Source: Acidobacteriota bacterium (GTDB lineage Bacteria; Acidobacteriota; Thermoanaerobaculia; Gp7-AA8). From it: DNA of 64,000 bases. The stretch covers positions 6,742-70,741 of the forward strand of contig JAJPHC010000048.1 of NCBI GenBank assembly GCA_021325515.1, in the 5' to 3' direction. Each line of letters starts with the position of its first letter. The first letter of the stretch is position 1. Below are positions 39,090 through 48,887 of the stretch, in pieces. The translations under genes were made by a program, and so were the position numbers. A model generated the notes under the pieces. That model did not search any database and was not told the origin of the DNA. It worked only from the letters and a program-made list of their open reading frames with translations.

Positions 39090-41018
39090 CTACTTCTGCC
39101 GACGGAAGGTATACGTGTCCATTGTCTGTCCGCTGATGACGCCGCGAATCACGAGTTTGGTGTCGTCGCACGTGTACTTCAGTTGAATGGGCCCGCCTTC
39201 GAACACAGGCCCGAGTCTCCCAGCCTGCGTCGAGCGGATTCCATATTCTCCGATCGACTTCAACGTGAGTTGTGAACTCTCGACCTTTGTGAGTTTGACC
39301 TCCCCGCTCACTGCGCTGATATAGCCCGTTGCCGATCCGCTCCATTTGTCCGAAAACGTCCGTGAGCCGATCGTTTCCTTCACGGTTTGCATTGCGGTGT
39401 AGTCGATGGTGGTTCGTCCGCTGTCCTCCACCGTCATCACGATCCCCTGACCTCCGCTCTTGGCAGTACGCACCACCGATTCGGATTGCCACCTCCCTAT
39501 CAGGCAGGCATCGAGCCCCCCCGGGCCGTAGTTACCAGAGGACGCTGCGACGGAGATCGATGGCTTCTTCTTTGCGGCTGGCGGCGGTGTCGTGCCCACG
39601 GAGGACGCCGCAGCCGGACCGGCATTCGGCGGCTTCGCCGCGGGCCGTAGAGGATGCGCTCCTTTTGTGACCTCTTCGGGAACCGCGCCGATCAGTTTTG
39701 CGCCGACGGCCTGCTTGTAGCAGCGCTCCAGGCAGAGGTAGTAATCCTGCCACGACGCTTCCGATCGCACTTTCGCGTCGCGGCAGTTCTGCTTCATCTC
39801 CTCCGTAGCCTGTTTCCCCGCCTGATAGTACGGAAGGCAGACGGCCGCCTGCTCGTCTCTGTTTTTCTTTGCGACTTCCTCCAGATTCCGGCATTGCATC
39901 TCGCACAGCCTTTGCGCCTGGCTGGCCGGCGGCTCCGGCGTAACCTCGATGGGAGTCGATGCTGGGGGTGGCGTCTCGCTGACAGTCCCGCCTCCCGCCT
40001 CACACCCGCATACCGTCCGGATGTTCATGTTCTCGAGTTTCATCTGACCGAAGCGGGGAACCAGCACGAGTGTGGGCACGACGGTCGACGCCTTTCCCGC
40101 TTTCTTCGCCAGATCCTCCGTCAGTTTCTGCAGGTCGGGCTTTTCCTCGTCTCCTTCCTGCTTCTTCATCGAATTCTCTACGCCCGTGTAGAGCTTCTGG
40201 GAGGACTTGATCACGTCGCGAACATCCATCAGCGCCTTGCCCTGGCCACGCGACCAGTCCAGCTTTGCTTCCATCCCTTCCAGCGGGAGGTAAACACTGA
40301 TGTAGAAGTACTGGAGCTTCTCGATGTTTTCCTTCTGGTGGCAGTCGCATCTCCCCTCCACCAGGACGTACATCCCTCCTTTGTTCTGGCCTGAGGGTGG
40401 CTGAAAATCGACCGTCACTTTCGGGCTGCAGTAGCGCATTCCCGGAATGGACACGCTTTCCGTGACGCGCCTTCCGATCGGCCCGCCGAACAGCGCCTTG
40501 TTGATCTTGTCGCGCGCCGCGTTGCCCGCCTTCTCCGCTTCTTTCTTGAGCGAAGCGGGAAGCTTGCCCTTCGCCTTCTCGGTCGCCCAGTCCATGGCGT
40601 TGTTGACGATCGCCTGGCCGAGGGCGCCTTCAGGATCTTCGGTGTCATAGGCCGCGATCACCTCTCCGGCCAGCTCGGCTACTTTCCCCGCGTTGTCCGC
40701 TCCGACCGAGTCCGCACCCTCGCGAATCGCGCCCGCCGTCTCTTTCATCACAGAACGGGAGTGGGTCTGGATTTCCCAGAAGAAGAGTGCCTGCTTTGCG
40801 ACCGACAACGCTGCGTTGTCACACGTGCCGGGAAGGGCGAGATCACTCTTCAGTGCTTTGACCTGTTCGTAGAGCTCAGCGTTCGTCTTGTGCAGGTCGA
40901 ACTGGACTTCGACGTCGCTCGATGCCCTGGCTTCCGGAAGCGGCCACACTGCGAGGATTTCGCACAGCAGCCCCGTCACGATGATCCGTAGTCCTAAGCG
41001 ATGGTTAGGCATCGACAT
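39090..41018 (-). CDS. Large Cys-rich secreted hypothetical protein
   Basis: 642-aa ORF, signal peptide, GGAGG RBS, many Cys, Pro-rich linkers, C-terminal CLIGRWQS domain. Confidence 0.78.
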   Translation of the reverse strand: MSMPNHRLGLRIIVTGLLCEILAVWPLPEARASSDVEVQFDLHKTNAELYEQVKALKSDLALPGTCDNAALSVAKQALFFWEIQTHSRSVMKETAGAIREGADSVGADNAGKVAELAGEVIAAYDTEDPEGALGQAIVNNAMDWATEKAKGKLPASLKKEAEKAGNAARDKINKALFGGPIGRRVTESVSIPGMRYCSPKVTVDFQPPSGQNKGGMYVLVEGRCDCHQKENIEKLQYFYISVYLPLEGMEAKLDWSRGQGKALMDVRDVIKSSQKLYTGVENSMKKQEGDEEKPDLQKLTEDLAKKAGKASTVVPTLVLVPRFGQMKLENMNIRTVCGCEAGGGTVSETPPPASTPIEVTPEPPASQAQRLCEMQCRNLEEVAKKNRDEQAAVCLPYYQAGKQATEEMKQNCRDAKVRSEASWQDYYLCLERCYKQAVGAKLIGAVPEEVTKGAHPLRPAAKPPNAGPAAASSVGTTPPPAAKKKPSISVAASSGNYGPGGLDACLIGRWQSESVVRTAKSGGQGIVMTVEDSGRTTIDYTAMQTVKETIGSRTFSDKWSGSATGYISAVSGEVKLTKVESSQLTLKSIGEYGIRSTQAGRLGPVFEGGPIQLKYTCDDTKLVIRGVISGQTMDTYTFRRQK

Positions 41019-41321
41019 CCTCCACTACCCTCGCGGCAGCGTTGTTGTCAGGAGCCTGGATGGATTCGCGTCAGTCTATGGACGTGAGTCTGGCATTGCA
41101 ACCGCTCGGACAAAGCATCTCCTGTCCAGGCGCTGAGAGCTCTGCCGATCGAGTAACGCAGCCTGTCATGCGCTCAGAGCCGAACACCGCGCCCACTTGT
41201 CGAATCGAATAGGAGATCTGGAGACCGACAAATAGGACGTGCCGTAAGGCAACTCAATGCCGCGCAGTGATGGTAGGCTGGCATCACTCAGATCAATTTT
41301 CGTCTTCATTGGAAGAAGTCC

Positions 41322-42623
41322 ATGCGATGGATCCTCAGTGCTGCGCTGATGATCGCTTTGGCACCGGTTGAAGGCCGTGCGCAGAATCCGGTAGTCAATC
41401 CGCCGAACCCGCAATCGAACGTAGTCGTTGACCTTTCGGAGTTCCTGCCGGGAAATACACCGTATCGCGCCTTCGCAAACGCATTCGCCGCGTGCAGGCA
41501 GCGACACGCGGCAAAGCTGGTCATCCCGCCCGGGCAATATGTATTCGACGACCCTGCGATTCCAAACACAGGGACCGGCGCGGCGCACATTCCAGTGCCG
41601 TTTCAAACCGATCTCGTGATCGATGGCCAGGGAGCAGAGCTCGTCTTCCATTACAACCAGCCAGGAATCGCATTTGTCGGATGCCAGCGCGTCCTGCTCC
41701 GCAACATCGCCATCGACTGGGACATCCCGATGGCATCACCGGGGCAAGTCATTCGCATGCCGGACGGCCGTATCGCCGTACGCGTAGCTGACGGCTATCC
41801 CGTTTCGAGCTCGACGCCGGTCGATGCTGTATCGGAGTACGACGTCGCAAACAGGAGCTGGGCGAAGAGCAGGCTGGATTTCACGGGGCGTTACGAAGTC
41901 TATTACCCGCGCAACGTCCAGATCGTGGCTCCTCAGACGTTGTATTCGCCCGACTTCGCAAGACTCCAGGAGGGACTCCAGGTACTCGTCCGCCATTACA
42001 CGAGTGGTACGTCGAACGCCATCGAGGGCGATCTCGGAAACGAAGATCTGACATTCGAAAACGTCACGATCTACGAAGCGCCGGGTGCGGGCTTTTCGTT
42101 CTCTCTCGCCGGGCGCGGAATCCGATTGTCGGCGTGCACGATCGCTTTGAAGCCGGGTGCGGACCGCTTCTCGACCAGCGATGGCGGAGCCAATTTCAAT
42201 CTAACGCGCGGCGACATCATCGTCGAGAACTGCGACTTCAGCGGCTTGGGCGACGACTCCGTCAACATCGCCGGTGGCTGGCTGACGGTCGCGAAGAATG
42301 ACGGGACCAATGTCGTGGAGATCAAGGGATCGCCACCGGATTTCCTGATCCTGCCGCAGATGGCTGCGCCGGGGGATCGTCTCCGCTTTGCCTCGTCCGG
42401 CGATCTTTCTACAAAGGGCGAGTACGAGATCCGCGCCGTCAACTTCGATCAGACACGGTCGATTCTGTCTGTCACGCTCGATCGGCCGGCCGCCGGCGGT
42501 GACCTCGTCTGCAACCTCAACGAGAGCTCTTCGAACCTCCTCGTGCGCGGGAACCATTTTCACAACAACCGCGGGCGAGGAATGATGATTCAAACGGCAA
42601 ACGGGCGGATCGAGAACAATACC
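41322..42623 (+). pseudogene. Secreted right-handed beta-helix protein (GH110/pectin lyase-like fold), 5' part, interrupted by IS481
   Basis: Signal peptide; KLVIPPGQY, ENCDFSGLGDDSVNI, NHFHNNRGRGMMI. Confidence 0.85.
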
Positions 42624-44068
42624 GAGCAACCGGGCACATAGGTAACAAAACAGACCGGGAACATAGGTAACACTTCTCTCTAGATCGGTGCAAAGGAACA
42701 GTCGAGCGCTTTCAACGAAAATCGCCCAGAAACGCGGAGCGTCAGCGCCGACTCAATTCGCACGAACACTCGTTGTTGCCCGCCAGTACCGGTGGTGCGA
42801 TCACGTAGATGGTCGATCCACGATAAATCGTCGTGATGCTCATCCATAGAACTTACGCTCCCGTTCATCGAAGCGCGCAAGAAGCACAGGCCCGTAATAG
42901 AGCGACCAGACGCCGTCGGCGATTTCTTCGAGCGCGACCACTTCTTTCCCAAGAGTGTGGCTGAGGAACAGCGGCTTGTCCTTCCATCGAATCGTGCCGT
43001 TCGGATCGACTCTTCGAACTTCGAGGTGTCCTGGATACTCGATCGGTGGGAGTTTCGCCGTGTAGGGTCGCGGCGAGGGTGTATAAACGCTTGCAGGGCG
43101 CTTCTGACCGAGAGCCTCATGGGGTCGTTCATCGTTGTAGATGGTTCGAAAGCGGTCGAACCGAGGCTGCTGTGACGCGAAGCTATACGCCGGCGGCCGT
43201 GCTGTTTCCGCCTTGAGCGTGCGATGCATCCGTTCGTGCGCACCATTCTGTTCCGGATGACCAGGGACGATTCTTTCGACGCGAATTCCCATGCGGATCC
43301 ACCACAACGACAACCGCGAGAGCCGCGCCAGTCCTGGAGATCCGAACGGACTGCCATTGTCCGAAAGAATCGCGCGCGGAAGCCCATACTCGGAGAAAAC
43401 ACGCTCGAACGCACGACGCGTGTGCTCGTACCCGGTCGACTCGAAGCCTTCACACATCATGAGATATCGGCTCACGTGATCAACGACCGTAAGCGGATAG
43501 CAATAGCGGTGATTACCCAGCAGGAACTGCCCTTTGTAGTCGACCGTCATCAGGTCGTTCGGCTCCAGAGGGACGCTGCGCGGCCGCAAGGGATGTGCAG
43601 GAGGATTACGACGTGGCCGCGGAACGATAAGCCCTTCTCTTTGCAGAATGTCGCCCACCGTGCTCGGCGCCGGCCATTCCACATCGGGGTGGAGCTCGCT
43701 CAGACGCGCCACGATCTTGCGTGGCCCCATGTGTGGGAACCGACGACGAAACGCCACCACCCGCTCGGCAATGCTTTCGTCCGTGCGATGTGGAATCCTC
43801 AACGGAGCGCGTGACCGATCAACAAGGCCCCTAATGCCCTCCTCATTGTGACGGGAGAGCCACTTGTGCAATATGCGCCTGCTCACCCCGTAGCGGTCCG
43901 ACAACTCTGTCACCGAGTAGAACCCGCTCAAGTAGTCATCGATAAGACGTTCACGTTCGAGCACAGGACCGGTCTCCTTCCACGGCATGCTCTTCCCTCC
44001 CTTCGGTCGGAGAGAAGTGTTACCTATGTTCCCGGTCTGTTTTGTTACCTATGTGCCCGGTCTGTACC
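42624..44068 (-). mobile_element. IS481-family insertion sequence
   Basis: Perfect 52-bp inverted repeats 42629-42680 and 44010-44061; TACC(G) direct repeat at 42620 and 44069; termini uncertain by 1-2 bp. Confidence 0.93.
42840..43988 (-). CDS. IS481 family DDE transposase
   Basis: MPWKE start, HTH, TVDYKG, SDNGSPF, EQNGAHERMHRTLK, YNDERPHEAL. Confidence 0.95.
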   Translation of the reverse strand: MPWKETGPVLERERLIDDYLSGFYSVTELSDRYGVSRRILHKWLSRHNEEGIRGLVDRSRAPLRIPHRTDESIAERVVAFRRRFPHMGPRKIVARLSELHPDVEWPAPSTVGDILQREGLIVPRPRRNPPAHPLRPRSVPLEPNDLMTVDYKGQFLLGNHRYCYPLTVVDHVSRYLMMCEGFESTGYEHTRRAFERVFSEYGLPRAILSDNGSPFGSPGLARLSRLSLWWIRMGIRVERIVPGHPEQNGAHERMHRTLKAETARPPAYSFASQQPRFDRFRTIYNDERPHEALGQKRPASVYTPSPRPYTAKLPPIEYPGHLEVRRVDPNGTIRWKDKPLFLSHTLGKEVVALEEIADGVWSLYYGPVLLARFDERERKFYG

Positions 44069-44603
44069 TACCGTCGAGGATGTCTCCCAGGGCGGGATTC
44101 GCCTGACAACGGACGCAGCGTATTTCTGGCAGGGCCCTGGATGCGACAACGTCGTCGTCACAGGCAACACGTTCCGCTCATGCACGTGGGGCACGTATAC
44201 GCGATATCCCGATTCGACGGTCGTGAGCGCCGACGCCTATGTGCTCAACGGCGCCATTGCCCATGCAGCGGTCAACAAGAGCATCGTCATTGAGAACAAC
44301 CTCATTGCAAATGACCCCGGACTTGCGATTCTCGTTTCGTCTGCAAGCGGTGTGACCATCGATTCAAACAAGATCGTCAATTCGAACCTGCTGCCCTATC
44401 CAAAGGAAGGGTTCCCACCCTTTGCCGGTTCCTTGACCGTGACCTGGGCTTCATCGATCCTGATTCGAGGAAACGTGGAAACCGCGACACAGAAGACGTA
44501 TGCGTCGGGGATCTACGTCGACGGACAGACAACGTCGGACGTGACCCTGACACCAGACGCCATGGTCCTCATCCTCCCCAGGCACCGTGCTGTAAACCAC
44601 TGA
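44069..44603 (+). pseudogene. 3' part of the IS-interrupted beta-helix protein, ending PRHRAVNH
   Basis: Same frame as 41322; removing 1449 bp gives ...ENNT-VEDVSQGG..., a 610-aa ORF. Confidence 0.85.
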
Positions 44604-44727
44604 TGCAGGTGTGCTCCGAACTCCAACTGGAGTGCACAGCGGAGACGCCATGATGGCTACAACCCCATCCGTCAAAACAGGCGCCGGGAATCAGGACTGA
44701 CGTACAGCAGGCATCCTTGCCACTTGC

Positions 44728-47700
44728 CTAACCATTCGCTGCAGCCCTCCGGTGAATCATCGCGAAGACCACCGGCGTCACGACGAGCGAGAGCAGCAGG
44801 GCGAAGAGCAACCCTCCGATCACACAGATCGCCAGCGGCTGCAACAGCTCTGCACCCGATCCGAGCGCGAACGCCAGCGGCAGCATCCCGAGCATCGCGG
44901 CGAGCGACGTCATGAGCACCGGCCGGAATCGCCGGCGCCCCGATTCGCGCAGCGCCGCCGTCAGGTCCTTCCCCGAGCGCAGATGATCCTCCACCGTGTC
45001 GAGCATCAGAATGCCGTTCTTCGACACGATGCCGACGATCATGATCATCCCCATCATCGAGACGACGTTGAGCGTCGTGTGCGTCACCAGCAGCGCGCCG
45101 AGGCTGCCGGAGAGCGCCAGCAGGGCACCGCAGACGATGGCCGTGGGATGCGTGAACGAACGGAACTCGATCACGAGGACGATGAACACCAGCGCCGCCG
45201 CGAGCGCGAGTGCAAGCAGCAGCTCGCGGAACGACGCCTGTTGTTCCTGATACAGCCCGCCGTATTCGATGGTCATTCCCGGCGGCAGATGGACTTGCCG
45301 CCCGAGTTTCGCCTGAATGTCGCGCATGGCGGATCCGAGGTCGCGGCCTTCGAGGCGCGCAGTCACGGCGATCGTCTGCCGCAGGCCGTCGCGATCGATC
45401 TCCGTCTGGCCCGGATCGTAATCGACATTCGCGATCTGCCCGATGCGCACCATGCTGTTCGTCGACGGAGAGCGAAGTTGCAGCGCGCGCAGTTGGTCGA
45501 GCTGGAGCTGCGGCGTCGAAAGCCGGACGCGCACGCCGACGGAGCGCCCATGGTCGATGACGCTCGAGACGACATCGCCATTGAGCGCGACGGTCAGCGC
45601 CTCGTTGACGTCGTTCGCCGTCAGGCCGAAGAGCGCCGCGCGCTGCGGGTCGACGCGGAACGTCACCGCCGGACCGCTGACGACGACACCGTCGAAGACA
45701 TCCACCACGCCGTTCACCTTGCCGATCGCGCCGGCGACCTGCACCGCCGTTGCGCGCAGTGCCGCCGCATCTTCGCTGAACAGCCGTATCTCGATCGGCG
45801 CGGGCGAGCTGGTGAGATCGCCGATGAGATCGGAGAGGATCCCGGCGAACTCCACGCGCAGCGCAGGCTCGCTCGATTCGATCTTCTGCCTCAGCTCCGA
45901 CGTGACCTCCTCAGTCGATCGCCCCTTGTCCTTCAGCTTCACGAGAAAGTCGCCCGTGTTCGGCTCCGTGATGGCCAGGCCGAGTTGCAAGCCTGTGCGG
46001 CGTGAGTAGCTGTCGACTTCGGCCGTCTCCTTCAGCATCGCTTCGACGTGGCGGAGCATGCGGTCCGTCTCATCGAGCGACGCGCCGGCGGGAGCGACAT
46101 AGTCGAGAACGAATGCCCGTTCGTCGAAGGCAGGCAGGAACTCCGATCCGAGAAATCGGTAGACGGCGAACGAGAGCACGGCGATGACCGCGACGACGAT
46201 CATCACGACGCCCGTTCTGCGCAACGCCTTCGCCAGCAGCCACTCGTATCCGTTGACGAGCCTCTCCAGGATCCGGCCGTGCCCCTTCTCCCCGTCTGAC
46301 TCAGGGACGCGAATGAAGTGCTCCGCCACGACCGGCGTGAAGGTCAGCGCCAGCACGAGCGACGTGAGCAGCGCCACGCTCATGGTGAGCGCGAGCGATC
46401 GAAAGAAGACTCCTGTGACGCCGGTGAGCAGCGCGAGCGGCAGAAAGACGACGACCGGCGTGATGGTCGAGCCGACGATCGGACCGGAGATTTCGGCGAT
46501 GGCTCTCTGCACGGCGTCGCGCCGGCTCTCGCCGCGTCCGAGGTGCGTGTAGATGTTCTCCACGACGACGATCGCGTCGTCGATGACGAGGCCGATCGCC
46601 GCGGCGACGCCGCCCAGCGTCATCAGATCGAAGGAGAGGCCGGCGATCCACATCGCGACGAACGTGACCAGAACGGTGATGGGGATGACCAGCGCCGCAA
46701 CGATCGTCGTCCCCCAATTGCGCAGGAAGCCGTACAGGATGAGCATGGAGAGAACGAGGCCGATCGCGATCGCATCGCGCACAGAGTTGACTGCGCTGCG
46801 CACGAGAATCGATTGGTCGTAGAAGGGCTTGATTTCCACGTCGGGCGGCAACTGCCTCTCGAGACCGGCCAGCGTGGTCCTGACGTCATCGGCAACCGTG
46901 ACGATGTTCGCAGCCGGCTGGCGCAGGATGTTGACGAGCGCCGCGGGACGGCCGTCCGCCGTGACGATCGTGAAGCGCGGCTCCAGTCCCGGCCGCACCG
47001 TCGCCACATCTCCAACACGCACCGGAACGTTGTTCACGGTCGACACGATGATCGACGCGAGATCGTCGGCGGTCGTCGCCTGACCGCTCACCAGCGCCAG
47101 CTCGAGCTGATGGTTTTCGTTGATCAATCCCGGGCTGAGGATGACGTTCGAATTCCTGATCGCGTCCCCGGTCTGCTGCAGCGACAGGCCGCGCGCTTCG
47201 AGCTTCGCGCGATCGATCAACACGTGGTACTCGCGCATCTGGCCGCCGGCCACCGCGACGCTGCTCACGCCCGGAATGCGCGCGAGCGGAGGACGAATGA
47301 TCACGTCCGCGAGATTGCGCAGAGTGCCGGAGTCGCGCTTCGGCGATGTGATGCTGTACCCGGCCACGGGAAAGACGGCGAACGTCAGGCGCTCGACGCG
47401 CTCGAACGACGCGCCGGAAGGAAGGGACGACGTCAGCCCGGAAGTCTTCGTCTGCACGAGCTGCAGCGCCTGCTGGATGTCCGTTCGCCAGTCGAAGAAG
47501 AGATCGATCTCGCACGATCCGCGCGCCGTCACCGACTTGATGCGCCGGATCCCCGGAATCCCGTTCATCGCCTCTTCGATCGGGCGCGTGACTGCGACGA
47601 GCGTCTGCTGCGCAGGGGCGACGCCGTTGTTGGCCACGATGACGATTCGCGGAAAATCAGTCTGCGGGAAAAGCGCGCGCGGAACGCGGAAGAACGCCAC

Positions 47701-47778
47701 CACGCCGGCGACGGACAGCAGCGCGATGACGAGCAGCACCGCGCGCGACTGCTGCGAGACGATGCGGCCCGCATTCAT
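44728..47778 (-). CDS. RND efflux permease
   Basis: 1016 aa; GLVIDDAIVVVENI, VSKNGIL, RFRPVLMT. Confidence 0.95.
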   Translation of the reverse strand: MNAGRIVSQQSRAVLLVIALLSVAGVVAFFRVPRALFPQTDFPRIVIVANNGVAPAQQTLVAVTRPIEEAMNGIPGIRRIKSVTARGSCEIDLFFDWRTDIQQALQLVQTKTSGLTSSLPSGASFERVERLTFAVFPVAGYSITSPKRDSGTLRNLADVIIRPPLARIPGVSSVAVAGGQMREYHVLIDRAKLEARGLSLQQTGDAIRNSNVILSPGLINENHQLELALVSGQATTADDLASIIVSTVNNVPVRVGDVATVRPGLEPRFTIVTADGRPAALVNILRQPAANIVTVADDVRTTLAGLERQLPPDVEIKPFYDQSILVRSAVNSVRDAIAIGLVLSMLILYGFLRNWGTTIVAALVIPITVLVTFVAMWIAGLSFDLMTLGGVAAAIGLVIDDAIVVVENIYTHLGRGESRRDAVQRAIAEISGPIVGSTITPVVVFLPLALLTGVTGVFFRSLALTMSVALLTSLVLALTFTPVVAEHFIRVPESDGEKGHGRILERLVNGYEWLLAKALRRTGVVMIVVAVIAVLSFAVYRFLGSEFLPAFDERAFVLDYVAPAGASLDETDRMLRHVEAMLKETAEVDSYSRRTGLQLGLAITEPNTGDFLVKLKDKGRSTEEVTSELRQKIESSEPALRVEFAGILSDLIGDLTSSPAPIEIRLFSEDAAALRATAVQVAGAIGKVNGVVDVFDGVVVSGPAVTFRVDPQRAALFGLTANDVNEALTVALNGDVVSSVIDHGRSVGVRVRLSTPQLQLDQLRALQLRSPSTNSMVRIGQIANVDYDPGQTEIDRDGLRQTIAVTARLEGRDLGSAMRDIQAKLGRQVHLPPGMTIEYGGLYQEQQASFRELLLALALAAALVFIVLVIEFRSFTHPTAIVCGALLALSGSLGALLVTHTTLNVVSMMGMIMIVGIVSKNGILMLDTVEDHLRSGKDLTAALRESGRRRFRPVLMTSLAAMLGMLPLAFALGSGAELLQPLAICVIGGLLFALLLSLVVTPVVFAMIHRRAAANG

Positions 47779-48887
47779 TGCGCGATCGTCACTTTCGTCT
47801 TGTCGGGCAATCCGTAGTTGCCCTCGATGACCACCGTCTCACCGCCGCGAAGGCCGGAGGTGATCTGCGTGCGCTGATTGTCGTGTACGCCCACGGTGAC
47901 ATGGACTTCGTGCGCGACCGATTGCGCGTCGACGATCATCACCGTCCCGCCGCTCGCGTTCGACGCGTCGAGCGTCACCGCGGGCGTCGGGACGATCACC
48001 GCCCCGCGTGTCGCGCTGCTGTCGATGGTTAGCCGTGCCGCGGAGTTGGGCCGGAGCTGGCCGTTCGGATTCGGCAGCGTGACCCAGATCTCCACCGCGC
48101 GGCTCTGCGGATCGGCGGAACGCCCGACGAGACTAACGGCCGACTGCAGCACGGTGCCGGGCAGGTCGTCCGGCATGACCGCGGCCGCGTCGCCGGGATG
48201 GACGAGTGCGGCGGCGCCGGCGGACAGCGGCGCCTTCACGATGACGGATGAGGCATCGGCGATGGTGAGCAGCCTGACGCCGGACGCCGCGAAGTCTCCC
48301 TGATACGCGAACTGCTCGGTGACGATGCCGTCGAATGGCGCGCGCACCGCGGCGTAACTCAACTGCGCGTCGAGCGATCCGAGATGATGGACGGCCTCCG
48401 CCACTTTGCTGTGCGCCGTTTTCAGAGCGCCTTGTGCGTTGGCGACATCGAGCTGCGACGACTCGAGGTCTTTCTTCGAGATGCCGCCTTTCGCGTACAG
48501 CCCCTGCCGCCGCTCCCACGTTCTTCGCGCGTTTTCCAGCGCCGCTTCCGCCGGCGCAATCGCCTCCTTCGCCGTCGCCACCGCCGCCTCCGCCTCGGCG
48601 CGCTGCGCGGCGAGATCGCGCGCTTCGATCTGCGCCAGCACGTCTCCGGCGCGAACACGCCGGTTCTTCAGCAGCGGCATCTGCGCGATCTGCCCGCTGA
48701 CCTTCGAGCTGACCGCAGCTTCATGCCGCGTCGTGATCGTCCCTACCAGCTCGATGGGCTGCGCGATCGTGCCGGTTTCCGCTTTCGCCACGCGCACGCT
48801 CACGACCGGCGGCGCCGTTTCCTCGGACGCGCCCCGCTGGCATGCGGCCGACGCGAAGAGAAGCACGAATGACATCGCTCGTTTCAT
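47775..48887 (-). CDS. RND periplasmic adaptor (MFP), lipoprotein
   Basis: ASAC lipobox; VRAPFDGIV; GLRGGETVVIEG. Confidence 0.93.
   Translation of the reverse strand: MKRAMSFVLLFASAACQRGASEETAPPVVSVRVAKAETGTIAQPIELVGTITTRHEAAVSSKVSGQIAQMPLLKNRRVRAGDVLAQIEARDLAAQRAEAEAAVATAKEAIAPAEAALENARRTWERRQGLYAKGGISKKDLESSQLDVANAQGALKTAHSKVAEAVHHLGSLDAQLSYAAVRAPFDGIVTEQFAYQGDFAASGVRLLTIADASSVIVKAPLSAGAAALVHPGDAAAVMPDDLPGTVLQSAVSLVGRSADPQSRAVEIWVTLPNPNGQLRPNSAARLTIDSSATRGAVIVPTPAVTLDASNASGGTVMIVDAQSVAHEVHVTVGVHDNQRTQITSGLRGGETVVIEGNYGLPDKTKVTIAQ

Noticed and set aside
42680-43453. 257-aa second ORF in the IS
   Set aside because: Mostly an alternative frame of the transposase; only the last 55 codons could be independent, and support is weak.
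37442-44720. Prophage or integrative element at tRNA-Asp
   Set aside because: No integrase or phage genes, and no duplicated tRNA 3' end was seen.
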